From the NCBI RefSeq assembly GCF_009914755.1, contig NC_060930.1: a DNA stretch of 64,000 bases; one strand, given 5' to 3'. A program made the position numbers and the translations under genes. The notes under the pieces are model-generated. The model worked only from the letters and a program-made list of their open reading frames with translations, was not told the DNA's origin and made no database searches. Positions 63,718 through 64,000 of the stretch are shown here, piece by piece. The DNA is from the human T2T-CHM13v2.0 reference genome, Homo sapiens. The stretch's first letter is position 1; the number at the start of each line of letters is the position of its first letter.

Positions 63718-63955
63718 TGGGAGTTAGCAAACTTTCTCTGTAAAGGACCAGATGGTAAATATTTTAAGGTTTGTGGGCCAGAGAGTCTCTCTGGCAATAA
63801 CTCAGTTCTACAGCTGATTTATTTCAATCTACTGTAGATTGAAAGCAGCCATAGACAATACATACATGAATGGGTGTGGCTGGGTGCCATTAAAACTTTA
63901 TTTAAAGAACAGGTGGTGGACTGGATTTGGCCTGTGGACTTAGTTTGCCTACTGC
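63718..63955. mobile_element. MER58A DNA transposon
   Basis: gttagcaaactttctctgtaaaggaccagatggtaaatatttt...gcagccatagacaata...tagtttgcc. Confidence 0.85.
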
Positions 63956-64000
63956 TATGTCTACAGCAAGAGTTCTTAACTGGGTGAGGAATCAATAAAG

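Overview
This is human (primate) genomic DNA, not microbial. The first ~19 kb hold the 3' part of SLC22A1 (organic cation transporter OCT1) on the + strand: the end of exon 7, then exons 8-11 and the stop codon at 18770-18772. The spliced exons translate to the known OCT1 C-terminus (...[22 protein letters not shown]...[12 protein letters not shown]...LPETKG...EPSGT*). The remaining ~45 kb is intergenic sequence towards SLC22A2 and is dominated by retro/DNA transposon relics: Alus, L1PA/L1MA/L1M, L2, MIR, MaLR and ERV1 solo LTRs, MER58 and MER2. It also contains a 20-unit palindromic AT-rich VNTR. I found no new protein-coding system; nearly all other ORFs in the track are Alu/L1/simple-repeat artefacts. 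The most interesting observations are: (i) a stop-free alternative reading frame through the whole OCT1 3'UTR, entered by skipping weak exon 10; (ii) a stop-free 213-nt exon 9-10 circle bracketed by inverted Alus; (iii) three young L1PA insertions that all have inverted 5' junctions, one creating a perfect 21-bp hairpin from target DNA; (iv) a double-palindrome VNTR with polar unit evolution; (v) tiny orphan poly(A) retro-insertions; and (vi) tandem NF-kB motifs in an ERV1 LTR. Repeat subfamily names and old-repeat boundaries are by eye and from memory, and need RepeatMasker/Dfam confirmation.
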